Below, piece after piece: positions 14,001 to 26,899 of a DNA stretch of 64,000 nt (its first letter is position 1; every line of letters begins with the position of its first letter). Origin of the DNA: Bugula neritina (lineage: Eukaryota; Animalia; Bryozoa); the NCBI GenBank assembly GCA_964035545.1, contig OZ037766.1, forward strand, positions 11,336,722 to 11,400,721, given 5' to 3'. The translations under genes were made by a program, and so were the position numbers. The notes beneath the pieces are model-generated. The model made no database searches. It had not been told where the DNA came from and was given only the letters and a program-made list of their open reading frames with translations.

Positions 14001-17000
14001 ATAAACATTAGAAAACATTGTCACTAGACAAGTAGCTATATCTATTTATGCAATATAACTCTACATTATGCAATTAGTTCCACTTGTTGTCATCTAATAG
14101 TTTGCTCCATATATAAGGTCACTATTGCCTTCTGTTATAGATGTGCTTTTAATGTATATTTATGCACCTAATAAGCATAATAAGCAGCCTGAGACAAGCC
14201 CACTACTACCCACGTACTGAAAGCAGCTTATTTACTCAGTAGACTGAATAGACCAGCGACTAAACACACTAGAAGAGGTTGTCCTTACAGTATTGAAATG
14301 TTTATATTTATTATGATTTGATTTGTTAGCAGGCTGCCTTCTGGAATTACAGTTTTTACAGCCTTTCCAGTAACTCGTGACCCATTAGTTGGTATTGTGT
14401 CATCATAACTGTCATTACAAAGTGGTTATCTTTGTAATTTTGTGCAATGCTACCAGTTAGCTAAGTTTAATAGTTTAATTTCCTTAATTTATCCTTATGA
14501 CTTAATTGTATATGAAATATCAATTATTTTGGAAACAGGAACTGGCGTTGTGTAATATTTATTTCCTTATTGTTTGTTATCAGTTATCCTATGATGTTCG
14601 CTTGGGATTTCTGACCGAAAGCCTTAAAATAACGTGTCTTATTGACAAATAGTTGCCACCAATTCTCTCCTTTAGGATTTTAATACAGCCCCCTTTTTAG
14701 TGACTAATTGTTTCACAAATATTTCCAGTGATAAAGAGGCTTCTTGACCTCAACGATTTCTTGAGAATCATTTCATTACACTACATATCTATTCATATTT
14801 ATATATGCACATACCACTTGCATATACTTGTTTATATATAGTTTTGCTAATTAATTGGTTCTCTCCATTATAATATTAGTATTTTTATCCCGCTAAGTCT
14901 GCTAGGTAGATTAACATTAAAACAGCCTTGCATTATTGTTAATTGTCTGGATTCATCCTTGTGTCTGGCAATTAAGATTAGCTTAGGCCATAATTATGTA
15001 TGTTTCAATCAGATAAAAGAATTATATAAGGGGTTTTGGTAGCTTAAAACTACAATTTAGCCAAGTGAACTTGCTTTTGATTATATCTGCTATAGGGTAG
15101 AATGTTTTACACCTTATCTATTTTTGCAAAAATACTCAAGTTTTAATAATTTACTTTCAAACTGATTTGGTTGCCATTCTATAGTTTTTTCTTCCTGATA
15201 CTTTTCTAGGAAAGCTACAGTGAAGAGTATATTATAACTCGTAGGCCAAATAATTATGTTGGGGCACACTCTGGTCAAGTTTGAAAAAACTAATCAGGAA
15301 TTTGAAAATTACAAAGGGTAGACAGCAAAAGTTAAACAATCTAAATAGAGCAAATTTTCATCAAATACTCGCACTAGTAGTGCAAAATTTATTTCAGCAT
15401 AGCTGTTGTACATAGTTTAGCTTCCTATGGAACTTTTACTGCTAATGCTAAAGTTATGGCAAAATCAAAGCTGATGTTTGCTAAGCCTTGAGCAACTGAA
15501 TTTAACTGTGTTATAGAAAAAGAAAACATGCCACATATTACTGGTGTGACCAGGGTTTTACTGTTGCAACTTTGCATCAAACTGCTTTTAGGCAAGTGAA
15601 ATATTTCAAGTACAACGTACAGCGTATGTATTTATATTGGCTTTCATTCTACCAAATCTTTAGGTATAATTTATCCAGCCCAATTTTGAAATACAAGAGT
15701 ACTTGGGGAGCTTGCTGTAACATTGCTAGTCAATTATTCAAATTTCTATTATGATTAGTAAAAGTCTAGCCATTGTATATCAGCATCTACCAGCCATCAT
15801 CAATATTTTACAAAATAATTAAACTAACTTGCGAGTGCATTTTTTGGTATTTTAAGATTTTGTTTTATATATAATGAAACTGGAATAGTTGAAACTATTA
15901 AGTTTTAATTTAATCGATTGCAAAGTTTCCAAAAGGGTTAAGTTGTATGAATTGGTTAACAAACAAACCATAGAATATCTTATATGTCAAGATTGAGAGA
16001 GACAAGATTAAACTCTCAGTGATAAGGTATATGGAGCAATTATTTCGTTAACTTTCACATCCCCTTCTCTTGTCAGTTATTGCTTTGGTAGTTTCTGTGT
16101 TTGTAGTTCAGATAAGCCATCTTTGATTACTCTGTCAACAGTTGGTTTGATAAAATTCATATATATTCATATAGGTAGTAGTACACTAAAGCAACTATTA
16201 TTGAACCGAACTCTATCACATGTTAAGTAGTCCACCATGTCTTGAGTTTGGGAGGATTTTCATGTGTGTTTACCCATTGACTGCCTTGTAGTAACTGCCT
16301 ACAGATCACTATACTTCTACAATTCATCTTTGTTGCAAAACTATTTATACATGTCATCAAAATATTAAAAACATATGACAGTCCGTTTCATAGACCGCCA
16401 ATAGTGAATTAATTTTGGTTAAGCAATCTATTTTGTAATGTCTGCAATATTTTGGAGATCCATATTCAATGTAAACAGTGCTGGGGTGCCCGCCCCCAGG
16501 TTTGTAGGCTTTTGTACAAGTGAGATTGATCAAAGGGTGTGTAAATATTTAGGTGTTCAATGACAACTGTAATGACTAAGGCTTTTGTTCACTGAATAAC
16601 ACCTTCTAGCAGCGGCAGCAGCATGACTGGTCTATTGAAAGTTGACTGCTTGTTGCTAGGAACTGTTCCCTTCGGCTTGTGCATTGTTGCTCACAAGTTT
16701 ATGATGTCTGTGTGGACTGGTTTTGATAACTTACAACAGATTGGATACTGTTACGCTATTACGCTATTACACATAGACCAAAATAATATACTTTACATCC
16801 CAACTATTGAGCAACACTGGTATTCGCATAGTGATATATTGGTAGTCATGGTAGCAGACTCATCGCGTCACACGAGCTCACGAGCTGCATTCTGGCTTAC
16901 CAGGAAACTTTAGCAAAACAATTGGTTTTATTGGTCAACAGGCAAACACTTCCCAATATAAATGTGGGTTGATGTCCTGACAGTAGTCAGTTGTAGACTT

Positions 17001-17250
17001 GCCTGCTACAGTGTTAGGTTCCTCTAGGAATAGCTCTGGTTTATATTTGATCAATACTTTCAGTTGTATGAATAGTATATTTATAATTTTATTGATAAAT
17101 TAGTTAACACACGCTGTTTACAGATAAGTGAATTTAAGGCAAGTATCAGCAAATAAAGTACCATTTAAATATTATATCATAGTCAGCGTCGGTGATTGAA
17201 ATTACGTTCGGCATACTAGCATAGGATACTATTCATTCGGACTTTACAAA

Positions 17251-17299
17251 ATGTACTGTTCACTGCAGCTTTCTACAGTGCCAGTCATTGTTCTTCTGG
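17251..17299 (+). CDS. Possible alternative first coding exon of the EGF-ligand gene (MYCSLQLSTVPVIVLL-G)
   Basis: aaaATG with an in-frame TGA upstream (17197), hydrophobic tail, donor G|gtaagc, phase 1 compatible with exon 17812. Confidence 0.4.
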
Positions 17300-17811
17300 G
17301 TAAGCAGTATTTATATGTAACTGTGAATTTGCATGCTGGGCTATTGGCTCATGTACTCTGAGATTCTTAGATCAGGTTATGCCTATACTTGGTATAGATC
17401 TGAACATCATTCGAGCTTGTTAAACTGGTTGAAATGGAACCAACAAGCAGAACTTATTCTTTAACTTTTAACGTAAGAGTTTTGGGTAGAGTTGTTGTAA
17501 TGTACAATATATATAATGTAGTAATAATAAAATATAATAATAGTAAAATAGAGTTGTAGCTAATGATACTGTCTTAAGCTTTTTACAAACATGGTCAGCG
17601 TCAGCGGTTACTAGGTTTTAGTCTGTTCGGTTTTCCCAGAAATTAATGTGCTCTCTCCTGGTCAGTAGTAACTCTATCTACCAGGGGACATAACTAGTTC
17701 ACTCTTGCTACTGCCTCTTAGCTTATAGTTTCAGTTCTCTAATGTGCTGAAATGTTCATTGTTTATGATGTTACCTACTCTGTTCTCATACCCATGTTGC
17801 TTGTGTTTTAG

Positions 17812-18007
17812 GTGCATGTCTTAGATCTAATGCCAAACCAGCCAAAGATGCTGACACCACTACAGCTAGCACAGTAACCCCCATAATATCAAATATAGAC
17901 ACTATACTATGTACAAGAAATGAATCCCTGCTAAAGTCATGTCTAAATAATGGCACATGCTATGCAGATGTAAATATAGAAGACCAAACTAGTACTTTAA
18001 AATGCCA
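17812..18007 (+). CDS. EGFR-ligand-like exon 2 (GACLRS..., EGF Cys1-Cys4)
   Basis: ttttag acceptor; encodes ...ILCTRNESLLKSCLNNGTCYADVNIEDQTSTLKC(H); donor gtaagt, phase 2. Confidence 0.88.
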
Positions 18008-18633
18008 GTAAGTTGTATTTCCTTACTTCTCTGCAGTAATTTGAGAAATTTATAAATATTTCATAGAAATTTTACAATTGTTTTTATGAGATTAGAACTT
18101 CTTTCATCAGAACTTTCTTTAGACTATAGACTGAACTTTTAATTTCTCCAATGCTTCACCTCCACCTTTTCCTCTTGTACAGTGGCACATTTTCTTTTAC
18201 TATATATTTTAATGATTTTTGAAAAAGTGTTGAGAAATCAGGAGTATAGCTCACTGACAAAAACTTAAAAAGCCACCGTCTAGCAAGATTGTGTTTCGGA
18301 CTTCTTTCCCCCCAAGTTAATAATTTATTTACTTGATGTATTTACAAATGCAGCAATAAACTACCTTCTGACAACAAGTATTTTTTGTAAAGGACAGGAA
18401 ATGTAAAGTTCAGCTCTTATCATGGATATGACGACTCTCAAAAACTTTAATGACTCGTTTATCTTGTTCTATTATCCATCAAAAAGTCACATGTTCCAAT
18501 TATGATGCATATGCTGTAGCAGAGAGTAGGTGGAAATTGTTTACATTGCTGATCATTCAAGAAACTGTCACTCATGTTGAAGATGAGTCAAGAAATTGCC
18601 TTTTTATTATTGACTTGATTACCTGAAGTTTTA

Positions 18634-18693
18634 AGTGCACAAGAGTCCACACCCCTTTTTAGTGCAAAAGAGTCCACGCCCTTTTTTAGTGCA
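18634..18693. repeat. 27-bp tandem duplication (2.2 copies)
   Basis: agtgcacaagagtccacaccccttttt / agtgcaaaagagtccacgccctttttt / agtgca. Confidence 0.85.
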
Positions 18694-19223
18694 TAGTCAA
18701 GTTAATGTTAGGTGTCTTGATTAGCAGCTAGTACTGTTTTACCACCTTTCATCATAGCAGCTAGGTGCATATAAAATTCCCATTCAAGAATTTCCGTTCA
18801 AGTTGATTACCTTTTTAATTAATTATAATCCAACTGCCTGACTACAATGATACAAATTATAGAATTTACTGTACATGCAGAATTTAGTTTTTGGAGTTGT
18901 ATTCTTGATTACAAAAAATTGGTAATGGGCAATGCTACTAATACTGCTATTCTCATTCATATTTACACAGAATTAAATATCAGAACTATGTAGGTTGCTT
19001 TTAGGTTTGTACTGAGGTTTTAAATAATTTTCACTGTTAAAATGGTACTAAAAGCACATTTTTAGAAACGTTACAGCTAGACTCCTTATTTTATGTATTT
19101 TCACACAAACTTGTTGATATTTGATTTAAATTAATTTTTTAAATCAGCAAATAATTTAAATTAAAGTTGCAAGATTTATTCATCTTGCCTAGACTATAAC
19201 TACTTTGTCTTTTTCAATTTTAG

Positions 19224-19273
19224 CTGCCCCACCAATTTCACTGGTACAAGATGTGAGAGATTCAACCGAGGCA
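19224..19273 (+). CDS. EGFR-ligand-like exon 3 (EGF Cys5-Cys6: CPTNFTGTRCERFNRG)
   Basis: C-x8-C with GxRC; flanked by ttttag and gtaagt; phase 2-1. Confidence 0.88.
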
Positions 19274-19681
19274 GTAAGTAGCTTTAATTTAGTTCCACTT
19301 TCAAACAAAATGAGGAGTTAGTGTTGAGTGAACTTATGCTGACAGCTGTGTTGTTTGCTTCAAACTTTATTTTACGATTCTAAATTCAGTTTTAATTTTA
19401 TACATAGTAGTTACTCTATTTTCTCATCAAAATTTTAACAAGATTTCTTAACAGGAAAATGCAAATCAACTGAAGTGTTAACTGGAAATCAAAAGAACAT
19501 ACAGTATCGTAGTTTACGCTTAACCTCAATCTTTTTCTGTAGTGCATTTGTTGAACATGTTTTTAGTTTTGGAGTACCATCATTTTACTCTTCGTGATTT
19601 TACAGAGTAGCATTTGTTGCTAATCTCTTTCTATCTCGCCTATCCTTGATAGTTATTTACATCACCTGGTGTATGTTTCAG

Positions 19682-19793
19682 CAGGAAGCGTGACAGTTCC
19701 TTCAACAGTTACAATTGCCGACGGTACAATAGTGGCTGTGGTGGCCTCGGTTGTTGGTGTCATTGTAGTTGTGGTGGTTGTTTTAGTATGCAG
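19682..19793 (+). CDS. EGFR-ligand-like exon 4 (juxtamembrane + Val-rich transmembrane helix)
   Basis: TGSVTVPSTVTIADGTIVAVVASVVGVIVVVVVVLVCR; NAGNAG acceptor (cag|cag), donor gtaagt. Confidence 0.85.
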
Positions 19794-20685
19794 GTAAGTT
19801 TAACAGTATATATGTTCGCAATTTCAATAGTCTAATATAGTACAAGTGTTAAAATATTTCTAATATAAACCTTTTCAATCCTAATTTTATTCTTCATAAT
19901 TTTCATTCAAAAATTTCCTAGTTTTAAAAGCAGCTTGTCTAAATTATTGGTATCGTGATCACTGGTCACTCGTAGAGATTTCATAATACAATCCATAATT
20001 AATCTCTCTAGCTATTGGTATGTGATTAGTGCTTCGTGTAATAGTCTAATAGATAGATTACTTATTTGAAGGGAATTGAATTAAGCTTCATCAATACAAA
20101 TGAAAGCTTCAAATTTTGTAATCTCATTAACTGCAGTGCTCATTATCGATTTTATGCAATTAACTTTGCCAATAAAGTACCTTTTCAAAGGGCAGGATTT
20201 TTTATTAAAAAGTAATCTTCTGTGTAGATAGACTTTAAAGGGTATAAAAGGATGCCTGCTTACTTGAATTAATGGAAACTCAGAAAATCTTATTTTTTAA
20301 TGAATTTTTGTCTCAACTAGTACACCTGCACCTTTAAAGATATTTGGCAGTCGTACTGAAAACTATCATTTATGTTTCCTTGTAATTGCCAGTATATTCA
20401 GCGCTTCTTTTTATTGGCTATGAGTCACTATTTACTAATATGTTTTAGAATATATATAACTTAAGTTTGTAAACGTTTGATTTTACTGAAATATCTTCAC
20501 ACTAGTTGTGATGCAATTGCTTCAGCTAGTTGGAAAAGTGGCATAGCTTTAGTAGTTGACTGCTATTTATAAACTAATATGAACTTAGTGTGTAGTTCAA
20601 GAGCTGAATATTGAAAATAATTTAAAAGTTTTAGAAATACAATTAAAAAAGAATCTTGAATAGTTATTTTCTTACTTTTGGGTAG

Positions 20686-20779
20686 ATTGCGAAATCGACA
20701 AGAATTGGGAAACCGAAGGATGCAATCTCAGTTAAGCAGTCAAAGAAATGGCACAACTAATGGCAGTGGTAATGGACAT
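20686..20779 (+). CDS. EGFR-ligand-like exon 5 (cytoplasmic, basic stop-transfer RLRNRQ...)
   Basis: Phase 2-0, donor gtaagt, in frame with both neighbours. Confidence 0.78.
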
Positions 20780-21715
20780 GTAAGTATATTCACCTTCTAG
20801 TTTATGCTACTCATAAGTTAATCTCTCTATTTACACATGATTTTTAATGGGAGAAGTATTTTATATCAAACTTATATTTTTATTTGGAAAGGACATTGGG
20901 GGGGGGGGGGAGGTGGCAAGTTTATGCATGATTATTCCATAAAAAGCTGTTGAGGTCATTTGCCTTCTACTATTCATTTAAAAGTCGGTATGAAATGATT
21001 TGGATAATTGTTTGTTTTCTTCTTGTATGAGGTGGTAAATGAGTGTGGTTACCAGGCCAAATGTATTGTGCAGTATGTGCATGGTGATTTTGTGGAATAT
21101 AATTGATAAATTTACCATTTTGTTTCAACTCTAGGACAACTTAGCTGGGCCAACAGCAAAAAACTTACCATGTTTGGTGTCCATGAGCTATATCGGTATA
21201 CTTGTCTACTATCCTGCTTCTATGTGGCCAATTTTGGTTGATAAAAATAGAAAATAACTCTGCTGTCCCCACCATTCCAACAACCAGCTTTTATAACAAT
21301 TTACTATGTGTTGGGAATGCGGCTTCAAATTTCAATCAGTTATTTTGAGCTTCTCTGTTGAATTTGTCCATTAAACTAATTGTTTGAAAATCAAGTTGGC
21401 TGGGTTTTCTGCTGCACCCAAACCATTGGGGTGAGAAAGGCTGCTCGCAATAATTATGAGTTTCGCTGCTGCCAAGTCTTATTTTCTTTATATGCCATTA
21501 GAATTTTTTATGCATTGTTGGTATGAAATAAATTTATACATTTGTAATAGCAACAGTCGAATAATTTTGTGTCTTATTCTCAACTAAACAAATAAACTTA
21601 TAGCCATCTTTTAATATGCCAATCAAAGTTGTGTGCCCTTGATATGTGAAGACAACTCCTACAAATAGGAACATAAAATATAGTTACATTGTATATTCGG
21701 TAATATATTTTATTA

Positions 21716-21780
21716 CATACACACACATATATATATATATTATATATATATATTATATATATATATTATATATATATATA
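21716..21780. repeat. Interrupted (CA)/(TA)n microsatellite
   Basis: Direct reading; lies just upstream of the last EGF-gene acceptor. Confidence 0.9.
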
Positions 21781-21804
21781 ACAGTTATATATCTTTATTT
21801 TTAG

Positions 21805-21888
21805 GTGAATAACAAACCTATTGAAGAAAATGGATTGTTGGAAATGCATAAAATAGAGAACAATAATATTGGGCCTCCAGATGTGTGA
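21805..21888 (+). CDS. EGFR-ligand-like terminal exon (VNNKPIEENG...GPPDV*)
   Basis: ttttttag acceptor, phase 0, TGA at 21886-21888. The six-exon CDS totals 612 nt (203 aa); an AU-rich 3'UTR follows, with AATAAA near 22496. Confidence 0.75.
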   Translation: MNNKPIEENGLLEMHKIENNNIGPPDV

Positions 21889-23016
21889 TACACAACTACA
21901 GCTACAATATAGTTCATAAAAATACTCAGGATGTATTCAACTGTACTTGTATAACTCAAAGTAATCATGGTAGTGTTCAGTAAAAGATCAAGTTCTTTTT
22001 GAATCATTCTAGTCAGCACCGATATCTACACAAATGTACAAAAACAATATTATATACTTTAATTCAATATGCTTATAGCCTTCACCATTTGTTTTAAATT
22101 ATTAGCATAAATTAGCTTCATGGCTTCTTAATGCAATTTCTAGTTTATAAATTATTATCGTATACTTCTGTATCTTGCTATAAATATATGACATTATTTT
22201 TATAATATCTACAGAAAACCTTTTAATCTATTTATATTATTTTATCGTTCTCACTAGTATTACGTGCTTGAGTTCTATAAACTTGCACTATTTTTTATCA
22301 TTGTATTTATTGTAATATATTGTACACATTATCGAATGCATGCTTTTAGATTTTTAAAATGCTTTTTCCATAGGATAAATTGCACCATTTAAATATGTTG
22401 TAAATTTTGATTACAGTTTTTATTACATTCTAGTTAGTATATTTTTATCATGCTACACTTTTAATTTTGCAGCAATCAATGGCAGATAATACTTAAATAA
22501 AAAAATATTAATAGACATATTACACATTTTGATTGCTTTTTGTTGCTAAAAAATTAATTTTAGAAATGTTTGCTATATAGTCACAATTCCTCCTTTTTAA
22601 CTGTATGCATGGAAGTGCTTCATTACATTTGATGTTGTAAACAACATGCTAGAAGCTGTTGTCTAGTGTTTAGTCATACATGCTCTGTTAGGAAGGACAT
22701 GCATGCAACTGCTCCTGTGATTCATTAAAGCCCTCAAAATAATATAATGACAGGTAAGTGGCACAGCCCTTAGCCCACTTACTAAAGCTTTACCATGGAA
22801 ATTGATAACTGTATTTTAGGCATGGGCTGACAACTCACGATTGCATAAACTGTTCTATATCGCACACATCCCGAGCCAGTGAAACTTCTCAAAATTTTTA
22901 ATGCCAGTGGACTTCTAAAAATGATCAATGAAACTTGGCAACAAGCTAGCTGAGCTATAAACTTATCGATTATGTATAGTAATTTACCGAATTCTGAACA
23001 GAGACCAATATATTTT

Positions 23017-23026
23017 GTCACGTGAC
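23017..23026. promoter_or_regulatory. Palindromic extended E-box GTCACGTGAC (USF/MiT-TFE CLEAR-type) in the CECR2-like promoter
   Basis: Exact 10-bp palindrome in a CpG-rich patch (22850-23170) upstream of ATG 23286; CCAAT at ~23005. Confidence 0.45.
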
Positions 23027-23285
23027 TGTAACAGCGACGTAATGGGCTATGTGAAAAGAAACGGCGATGTAAACGGTTACAGCGCTAGTGAATAACAATA
23101 CGTGAATAATTGATAAGCACACTCAATCTGAATCTCGTACTGATACTGTACGCAGCTCAAGTTTCGTAATAAATTTAAAACCATGCTTGTAGTTTCTAAG
23201 AGTTAACTGCATTTTACCAATGGCACTATAATGCTATGCTAACAGGCTGTAGTTGTCATATAAACTTAAAATTAAAAGCATCAGC

Positions 23286-23352
23286 ATGTCCTCAGGCTCA
23301 ACGACGACTATTTCTGAACCCTGCGACATTCATAGTCAAACTGACACTCAAC
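23286..23352 (+). CDS. CECR2-like gene, probable exon 1 (MSSGSTTTISEPCDIHSQTDTQ)
   Basis: ATG in the promoter island, donor C|gtaagt, phase 1 joins 26784 in frame. Confidence 0.6.
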
Positions 23353-23489
23353 GTAAGTTTAGTTTTTTGTTTATTCAAGCCTTGCCACATCACTCGGTTT
23401 AATGAGAATTTTTATGTACTCTGTTTTAATTTTTAATAAATATTTCATCGTAATTTTCTTTTTAACTTATTCTCACTTGTTTTTCAACT

Positions 23490-24110
23490 AATGACACTGA
23501 GTGACCGACAGTCACAGTGTAACTTACATTTACTCTTACTCTTAGTCTTACTCTTAGTTAGTAAGAGTAAGACTAAGAGTAAGTGAGTGTAACAGTAAAA
23601 ATAATTAAATTGTTCTTGGCCCTTAGCCTTAGGAATTAGTAAATCGGTTAGCATTACAGGTACAACTTCAACATGAACTAGTACTTGTACAAGTTGTAGT
23701 AGTACTACAACTAGTACTTATACTTATACTTATAGTATAAATTTAGTATGAACTTATAGAATTATGCTTATAGTTATAGTATACTTATACTTATAGTAGT
23801 TATTAACACTAACAGTAACTCCAACTGTGTAAATTAAAGTGTAAAAACAACACTAATTCTAGCAGTTGGTTACTTCAACTTTGACTCTTAGGGTTAGTAA
23901 TTGTAGCTTGTAAGTAAAAGTTGTAAGTCTTAATCTAAGTCTTGGCTGCACTTGGTTTTGTAGTACACTAGTTGTGTTACCTGTTTCAATATGAATATCG
24001 ATGACGTTATTATTATTAATTGTATTTACTAGTTATTATTAGGCTAATGAGTAATAACTGCAGTGATGGAATGACTATAAGAGTATACTATGACTACAGA
24101 CTATAACCAT
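23490..24110. repeat. Degenerate hexamer-periodic tract (CTTACT/CTTAGT/CTTATA type) containing perfect inverted repeats
   Basis: ttactcttactcttagtcttactcttag..., cttatacttatacttatag; begins ~140 bp into intron 1. Confidence 0.85.
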
Positions 24111-26783
24111 AGGTCTGTGAAGTTAGTTTTACAGATATTCAGATGAACATTACAATAAATTGCTTTGCTTACAGTTAGGTTGTTAATTTGAATCATTGTT
24201 GCTATTTTAATTTTGATTTACTCATTTGATATGACTAATCACTGGTAGTCGTATTATTGGTTATGTGTCACCAGTTTCAAATTGAAGTTTCCGAGTATAT
24301 CCTTTCGATTTACAGTTAGATTTATTGCTAAATTGACTCTACATAACTTATAGAAGTTATACTTCTAAGTTTAAATGTATATCCATATTTAATTTTTTAC
24401 ATATAAATATGTTTTATAGATATTTTATTAGGGCTAGTGTATCAGTATATAGCTGTGTGTTTGTGCCAGTAGCACACGTCTGTTTCATACCTTTAACATG
24501 TTGTTGCACTTACATCTTTTAGTTTTATTTATGACTATGGTGTGCTTTTTTAAAAAGATTTAATGCTGACTTGAAATTTTAAAAGTTTATAACTTGTTAA
24601 GCTAAATGAAACTACATCAAACATTTGTAATATTGTAGTATTGCAGTTGCAATACTTGTAAAAATTTTGAATTTTTTAAAATTAAAAAAATACATTCAAT
24701 TAAATAATCAATGGTAGTGTATTTGCTTGATAAAATTGATCTGAATGTTGTACATGCATAGGCATTAAAGATTCCAACCTTTATTAAAACTTTGGGGTGG
24801 GGGCTAAGTGATAGTTTTTTTAATATATAGTAGATTTAGAGTTGATTGTTTTAAAACCATGGTTCGCACGAAAGCTGAAAATTGATTAAATGAAAAATTG
24901 ACTTTATCAGGTAAAAAATGCTAGTTTAAAATAGACAATGCTGCTGCTGCAGCTGAGCATATGAACGCAGAAGAAATAGTAGCGTATACCATCAAGTCTA
25001 ATATTCACAATTTATTACTTTATTTGTGTGCTGTTAGCTTCTAGATATACTTATTAGACTTTAAGAATTATTTGACTGGATAATAATGAGCAAACTGTAG
25101 TGGCATTCTGCTGTAATAGTCTTGTTGAATTTAATGTTTTAAATACAACCAATATTTCAATATTGTAATACAAAAAACAAATATTGCTATTATAGTTTTA
25201 TAGAGGATGTCGTTCACAAACTGTTGAAATTTTGTTTAAAGAGGAGACAATAAATAATGCGATTTTAGCTCGGTCCTGTTGCCGTCTCTATTTCTTAGTT
25301 TACCTAGTAGTCAAAATGAATTAATATAAACTAAATTTTAATGAACATTTATTTGTGAACACTTACTATAATAAACAATAATAATTGCTTACCTATATGT
25401 ATTATGTAACTGTTGGCAATGTAATTTTTAATTCTGTTAAAAAAGAATACTAATTGTTTTATTGCTGTTTCAACGTTTTGTATAAAATCTAAAACTTGTA
25501 TTGTAATAAAGTTAATAGAAGTTCTGTTACTGTGAATAACTATCACATTTTTATGTCAACAGTTTTTCTCTAACATACTAGGTAACCTATGTATTTATTA
25601 TGGGATTTTGGGCTTACAATTTCTAAACCTGAGTTGAGATTATCAGTTTGAAAAATCAATAATAGCTGTATTGATTTATTAATTCATTGTTTTTAAATAA
25701 TTGACTTATAAAATTTATTTAATATACTCAGTTTGAGATTCAACTGAGTTGCTTTCAAAAACTAAACTCAATTTATAATTCAACAAAGTGTCTGTAATTT
25801 AAAAAGAATATATTGTTGGGACTTCATACTTTTTTGCAAAAACTGTTCAAAAATACGGTGATTGTTTAAAATAAAAATTATTATGTATTGACTGTAGAGT
25901 TGGATAGTTATCAGCAAAGTTTTTTTTTTATTAAAGTACACCATCTCTACGCAAAAATCAGTTATTCTCATTTCCAAAACCCACAACTATAAAGATTGAA
26001 AAATCAAATGCCTTAAAGCTGAAATATATCGAATTGCTTTTGATGGGGCACGTACTCATGTATATGCTTAGACGATTATTTATTTGAATTAATATTGAAT
26101 ATCTTTTGCTATTTAAACAAATAACTCGCTTAATTTATATCATTATGGGGTTTAAGTGAGTCTCGTATTAATAATATGATGTATATATAGCTATTATCAA
26201 AGTTCAGCAAATGAAAAGTAATATTTTCTGTAAACCTCATTTTTGTGTTATTTCACTTGATATGTTATTATGTCTTGAAGTTTTTAAATTTACTATTGCT
26301 GATTTTGGAAAGCTCCAAACTGCAGGGATATAAATTTAATTAAGTTGCTGCATATTCTATACTATACAATAAGTAGGTACAGTCTTTATCATGCTGATAA
26401 AGACTGTATCAATGTAACATGGCAACCTTGGTGATCTATATCTAGAAGCTGAAATGAATAATTGTTCTCTTTTGTTTCTAAGTTTAAATGCAGTCAGATA
26501 TATTCATTTAGCAGCTTTTCAAGCTTTGTATTCAAATCTCTCCTTTTTCATTCTGTCTTGTTATTCCTAAGCTTTGTTATATCATTTATGGGGTATCAAA
26601 TTTCATTTTTAAACACTCCTGCAGAGTAAATCACTCTTAAAACATTCATCAGCACATATTCAGTGCTAGGATGGGTAGCAATGTATTTTTAATCCTATTG
26701 AATGTTAACATAAACTTTCATGAGTTTAGATTCAACTGTCCAAAGTCTTATTGTAACAACAGTTTTGTTTACTCCGTTGCTAG

Positions 26784-26899
26784 GTATTGGTGGGAATGCA
26801 GAAATGGCTGCCCTACGAAACTTGTATGAACTGCCTTATCTTGCACAGTTTGTTACAGTCAACAAACTGAAATTCGGGTTTCCAACTGTTGACACAGAG
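26784..26899 (+). CDS. CECR2-like exon 2 (DDT-like region)
   Basis: MAALRNLYELPYLAQFVTVNKLKFGFPTVDTE resembles the CECR2 N-terminus (LRSWWEVPAIAHFCSLF...LPDFEIE); donor gtgagt. Confidence 0.8.

Noticed and set aside
16623-16913. 96-aa plus-strand ORF in EGF-gene intron 1
   Set aside because: No motif and no compatible donor to join the EGF exons; length within background.
24859-24910. ccATGGTTCGCACGAAAGCT (MVRTKA...) with a nearby donor
   Set aside because: Stops after 8 codons; exon 23286-23352 already supplies an in-frame start.
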